A stretch of DNA of 52,500 nt from Planctomycetota bacterium (lineage in GTDB: Bacteria; Planctomycetota; MHYJ01; JACQXL01), in the NCBI GenBank assembly GCA_038059695.1, contig JBBTIZ010000011.1:1-52500 (forward strand), given 5' to 3'. Positions 48,342-52,500 of the stretch are shown here, piece by piece; the stretch's first letter is position 1, and every line of letters begins with the position of its first letter. A program made the position numbers and the translations under genes. The notes beneath the pieces are model-generated. The model ran no database searches. It had not been told where the DNA came from and worked only from the letters and a program-made list of their open reading frames with translations.

Positions 48342-48974
48342 ATGCCCAAATACTCTATTGTCTTTGAAGACGATTATTTACTCGTCGTGGATAAATCATC
48401 CGGATTACTGGTCATTCCCACGCCCAAGTGTGAAAAGAACACCCTGACCGACCTGTTGAATAACTATCTTCAGGCAAAAACATCCGGACCTGATTTCCCC
48501 AAGGCCCATCCCTGCCACCGCCTGGACCGGGAGACCTCAGGCCTGATATTATACGCCAAAGGCAAGACAATGCAACAAAAAGTAATGTACCAGTTCCACC
48601 AGAAACAGGTGGGCAAGAAATACCTGGCCTTTGTCCAGGGCCGTCCCAAGAAGCAGACCGGCTTCATTAATTATAAGTTGGAAGGCAGCGAAGCCGGCAC
48701 CAAATACCAGGTCATAAAATATTATCCGGCCGGCTATTCACTGGTTGAAGTAGAACCGGTTACCGGCCGGACTAACCAGATTCGCCTGCATTTCAAAATG
48801 ATAGGACATCCGGTGGCGGGCGAACGCAAGTTTGCCTTTGCCAAGGATTATCCGGTCAAGGCAAAACGGCTCATGCTCCATTCGTCCTTTATTTCCTTCG
48901 TTCATCCAGGCACCAATGAACCGGTGAGTTTTAGTAGCCATCTGCCTGAAGATATGCTAACATTCGACGTATGA
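48342..48974 (+). CDS. RluA-family pseudouridine synthase
   Basis: HRLDRETSG, TGRTNQIR. Confidence 0.92.
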   Translation: MPKYSIVFEDDYLLVVDKSSGLLVIPTPKCEKNTLTDLLNNYLQAKTSGPDFPKAHPCHRLDRETSGLILYAKGKTMQQKVMYQFHQKQVGKKYLAFVQGRPKKQTGFINYKLEGSEAGTKYQVIKYYPAGYSLVEVEPVTGRTNQIRLHFKMIGHPVAGERKFAFAKDYPVKAKRLMLHSSFISFVHPGTNEPVSFSSHLPEDMLTFDV

Positions 48975-50110
48975 TTATTCAGAGATACGTTATCCGGGCA
49001 TGGCTGATAAATCTCCTGATAGTTACCACGACCCTGTTGGCCGTGATTCTGCTTATCGTCCCGTTCTTCCAGTTCCAGAAATATACGGCCCTGGATGCGG
49101 AATTCGTCTTCAAGGTCCTGCCTTATTTTGTACCCATCTCGCTGGTCTATATTATTCCGCTGGCGGTATTACTGGCCAGTTTATTCGTCTTCGGCCGGCT
49201 TTCCGAGGACAATGAACTCCTGGCTATGAAATCATCGGGCATTTCGCTCGGACGGATAACCAGACCAATCTTGTATCTCACCGTTCTCTTGTCCATCGGG
49301 GTAATCCTGATAAATACACATCTAATCCCTTACTGCCATGCCCAAACCAGACAGTTGACCATTTCCGTATTCGAGAAACGGCTGTTCTCAGATTCCCGCG
49401 GAGCGGACGAGATAAAACTGCCGGACGGCAAGATTACCTACGTTAATTATAATAACGGCATTTTTGAGCATGTCCGCCTGCTCAAGTTCGGCCAGAAACG
49501 CGAGGATTTAGTGGAGGAACTCTCGGCCCGGCAAGGCAAGTTTGAGATTGATAAGGATAACGCCCGACTCTCGCTGGACCTGAATAAGGTCTATATCACC
49601 CGTTGGGAAACCAGCCCGAACGCCCGTTCGGTCGGGCGGGAATCCGCCGCACCGGGTAAAGAAAGAACTACGCCGCATCTGGTGAAATCAGACCGCCTGA
49701 TTTACAAGATGGACGTCTCCACCCTGTTTGCCCCGTCGCGCAGGAATCTGGCCAGTTTGACCAATCGCGAACTCAATGAAATGCTCATCCAGTATAAGGA
49801 TAACCCCACCAAAACCCGGCAGGTTCTGTTCAGCAAATACCAACGTTATGCCGGCGGCTTGACTCCGCTGATATTCGCCCTAATCGGCATTCCCATCGGA
49901 GTCTTAATCCGCAAGGGCTCCAAGGTAGCCGGCATCGGCATCAGCATGCTCATTGTCTTCGTGGGCTATTACCCGCTGACCATGTTCTCCAACCTGCTGG
50001 GCGTGAAAAAGACCGTCATCCCGGTAATGGCCTCGGTCTGGCTGGGCAATATTATTATCGGGCTGGCCGCCCTGGCCCTGGTTTACTACATAATTAAAAA
50101 TGATAAATAA
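48971..50110 (+). CDS. lptF: LptF/LptG family permease
   Basis: GRLSEDNELLAMKSSGIS; 3+3 TM layout. Confidence 0.8.
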   Translation: MIIQRYVIRAWLINLLIVTTTLLAVILLIVPFFQFQKYTALDAEFVFKVLPYFVPISLVYIIPLAVLLASLFVFGRLSEDNELLAMKSSGISLGRITRPILYLTVLLSIGVILINTHLIPYCHAQTRQLTISVFEKRLFSDSRGADEIKLPDGKITYVNYNNGIFEHVRLLKFGQKREDLVEELSARQGKFEIDKDNARLSLDLNKVYITRWETSPNARSVGRESAAPGKERTTPHLVKSDRLIYKMDVSTLFAPSRRNLASLTNRELNEMLIQYKDNPTKTRQVLFSKYQRYAGGLTPLIFALIGIPIGVLIRKGSKVAGIGISMLIVFVGYYPLTMFSNLLGVKKTVIPVMASVWLGNIIIGLAALALVYYIIKNDK

Positions 50111-51356
50111 AATACTGCTGTCCGGCCCTTATTCATACATCCGAAAACTGGATTATTATGTCTTGAAGTCGTTCTTATTCGCCCTGATCATTTCCATCCT
50201 GGCCCTATTGGGTTTGTATATCGTAATTCACTTCTTCACCAATATCAGCGATTTTATCGAGATTACCCAGCAGGAAATATTTATCTTCATCCCCAGGTAT
50301 TACCTGATACGGCTGCCCATTATTCTCTATAAACTCATCCCGATAATGATGCTCATTGCGGTGATGATAGCCATATCGCGACTGATGAAAACCCGGGAAC
50401 TGATAGCCATGCTCTCGGCCGGCATCGGCATCCACCGGATTGTCCTGCCCATATTTATTGCCGTGCTGGTTATTATCGGCATAATGTATTTTATCAGCGA
50501 GTCAATCATGCCGTATCTGGGCAAGTATCTGACCATCACGGAAAAGATTCTCAAGTCCGAGGGCTCGGACCGCTTCCTCACCCGCTCCGCTTTTAGCGAG
50601 ACCTCCCTGAATGCTTTCGGGGGGCAGACGCGCTCTGACGCAGCGTCGGAACACCGCAGTGACCGTCCGCCCTCTGGGCGAGACCTCGCCTCGGCGGGCG
50701 ATAGCGAACAAATATCAGGATACCAGTTTACCATAAAGAAATACGATTATGTCAAACAGCAGATGCACTCCATCTGGATAAACCAGTATGACCGGGATAA
50801 TAATCTCATCGCCCAGATTATCGCGGAAAAGGCCGAGTGGACGGAAAAGCCCAAAGGGTCCGCTGGGAAACCCGTAGCCGGCTGGATGCTTTATAACGGA
50901 ACAATCTATTCGTATGACAATAAAGGCGTCCGGAAATCAGCGCCGGAGGTGTTTCGCGATAACGGATTCCTGCTGGCCTGCGACCTGACGCCGCGCTCCA
51001 TAGAAAAGGTTGAAGAATCCTCGTCCTATATGAACTCAATCCAGTTGGCTAACCTTATTACCCTGGAGCCCAATAACCACACCCTCCAAGTCCAGTATTA
51101 TTCCAAACTGACCGACCCGCTGATTGTCCTGATACTAATATTCCTGGGCCTGCCCTTTGCCCTGGCCAGCAAATCCCAGAACTTCTTTACCGGCATCGGC
51201 ATCTGTCTTTCCAGCAGTATGGCATTCTTCCTGATAAAATTCCTGTTTGAGGGATTCGGCAACAAGGGACTCCTGCCGCCCCTTCTGGCCGTGACATTAC
51301 CCTTGATAATATTCGCCGTGATTGGTATAATACTCTCAAAAAGGATAAGGACATAA
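50100..51356 (+). CDS. lptG: LptF/LptG family permease
   Basis: ELIAMLSAGIG, LPPLLA. Confidence 0.8.
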   Translation: MINKILLSGPYSYIRKLDYYVLKSFLFALIISILALLGLYIVIHFFTNISDFIEITQQEIFIFIPRYYLIRLPIILYKLIPIMMLIAVMIAISRLMKTRELIAMLSAGIGIHRIVLPIFIAVLVIIGIMYFISESIMPYLGKYLTITEKILKSEGSDRFLTRSAFSETSLNAFGGQTRSDAASEHRSDRPPSGRDLASAGDSEQISGYQFTIKKYDYVKQQMHSIWINQYDRDNNLIAQIIAEKAEWTEKPKGSAGKPVAGWMLYNGTIYSYDNKGVRKSAPEVFRDNGFLLACDLTPRSIEKVEESSSYMNSIQLANLITLEPNNHTLQVQYYSKLTDPLIVLILIFLGLPFALASKSQNFFTGIGICLSSSMAFFLIKFLFEGFGNKGLLPPLLAVTLPLIIFAVIGIILSKRIRT

Positions 51357-51419
51357 ACAACAGGATTAAACCGATTAAACTGATATTCTGGATGCTCTAC
51401 TAAAACTATTATGATAAGT

Positions 51420-51506
51420 ATTCCCTCTCCCCTTGTGGGAGAGGGCAGGGTGAGGGGGGACGAAGTAATCACCCTCCCCTAACCCCTCCCATCAAGGGAG
51501 GGGAAT
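51420..51506. repeat. CCCTCTCCC..GGGAGAGGG REP doublet
   Basis: Two inverted hairpin units. Confidence 0.75.
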
Positions 51507-51542
51507 AGGTTTTGATAAAGTCCCTAAATTAAGTTATTAAGA

Positions 51543-52403
51543 ATGAATAACAGCGAACACCGCAGTGACCGTGAGCACCCACTGGAGCGGAACGAACAAT
51601 TCAGCCGGCATATCCGCCTGCCGTATTTCGGCGCCGAGGGGCAGAAGAAAATCAGCCGGGCCAAGGTGTTTGTGGTCGGGGCCGGCGGGCTGGGTTCGCC
51701 CACAGCCACTTACCTGGCCACGGCCGGAATCGGTACGCTCGGGCTGATTGATAACGACATTGTGGAAATCTCCAATCTGCCCCGCCAGATATTGCATAAC
51801 CCCGGCACAGTTAACGAACTTAAGACCGCCTCGGCAGAAAAGCGGCTAAAACAACTCAATCCGGACATCAAACTGAATATCCTTTCCGAACGGCTCAAGG
51901 CGGATAATGTCGCCGGCATAATCCAGAACTACGATGTGGTGGTGGATGGCAGCGACAATTTCGCCGCCAAGTTCCTGCTGAACGATGCCTGCGTGATGTC
52001 CGCCCGGACGAGCCCCCATTCGGACGGGCAGGGTATCCCGCTGATTCACGCCGGCGTCCTGCGCTACGGCGGACAGGCAATGACTATTTTACCCTACAAA
52101 AGCGCCTGTTACCGCTGTATCTTTCCTGAACCGCCCCCGGCCAATAGCGTGCCCACCTGCCAGGAGGCCGGCATCCTCAATACCGTAGCCGGAATCATCG
52201 GCCTGATACAGGCCACGGAAGTAATCAAACTCGTTATCGGCGCGGGCCAACTCCTGACTAATAGATTACTGGTCTTTGATGCCCTGGAGATGAATTTCCG
52301 AACTATAGAAATACAGCAGAATAAGAACTGCCCGGTCTGCTCCAAAAACGCCACGATTAAAACATTAAAGGACTGCGACTCTGCGGCAACAGAATGCAGG
52401 TAG
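51543..52403 (+). CDS. MoeB/ThiF family adenylyltransferase
   Basis: GAGGLG, SNLPRQ, CYRC, CPVC. Confidence 0.92.
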   Translation: MNNSEHRSDREHPLERNEQFSRHIRLPYFGAEGQKKISRAKVFVVGAGGLGSPTATYLATAGIGTLGLIDNDIVEISNLPRQILHNPGTVNELKTASAEKRLKQLNPDIKLNILSERLKADNVAGIIQNYDVVVDGSDNFAAKFLLNDACVMSARTSPHSDGQGIPLIHAGVLRYGGQAMTILPYKSACYRCIFPEPPPANSVPTCQEAGILNTVAGIIGLIQATEVIKLVIGAGQLLTNRLLVFDALEMNFRTIEIQQNKNCPVCSKNATIKTLKDCDSAATECR

Positions 52404-52408
52404 CGCGT

Positions 52409-52500
52409 ATGCCTACTTATTTAATGTATTCCGACATCTATCTTGAACACGATACCGGTCAACACCCTGAAACTGCTATGCGGCTCTCAAATACAATGGC
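52409..52500 (+). CDS. Histone deacetylase-family protein, N-terminus (runs off window)
   Basis: YSDIYLEHDTGQHPETAMRL. Confidence 0.7.
   Translation, partial: MPTYLMYSDIYLEHDTGQHPETAMRLSNTM

Overview
Bacterial chromosomal window. The lineage is probably Planctomycetota/PVC-like; this is inferred from the HEAT-repeat, prenyltransferase-repeat and zinc-ribbon membrane proteins. Housekeeping genes include aroC, pgk, an S10 ribosomal operon that stops after rpmC and runs into dksA-like/lspA, bioA, rdgB, guaB, der, murJ, lptFG and moeB, plus c-di-GMP enzymes. An accessory island at about 2.55-13.8 kb contains: a compact virion-like gene module, a 22-bp-period array, a nucleotidyltransferase pair, a frameshifted HEPN gene, wHTH genes, and a full plus a miniature REP-associated tyrosine transposase (RAYT) whose ends bracket truncated foreign fragments. 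Three non-coding signals stand out. (i) A nine-copy double-hairpin family has covarying 7-bp stems punctuated by near-invariant TAA triplets and mostly sits just upstream of start codons. (ii) Two strictly phased 22-bp arrays of different sequence, 34 kb apart, share a GGGGGATAGGG..GTACCCC leader. (iii) Short palindromic repeats are inserted in frame in many core genes. All calls come from reading the sequence by eye; no searches were run.
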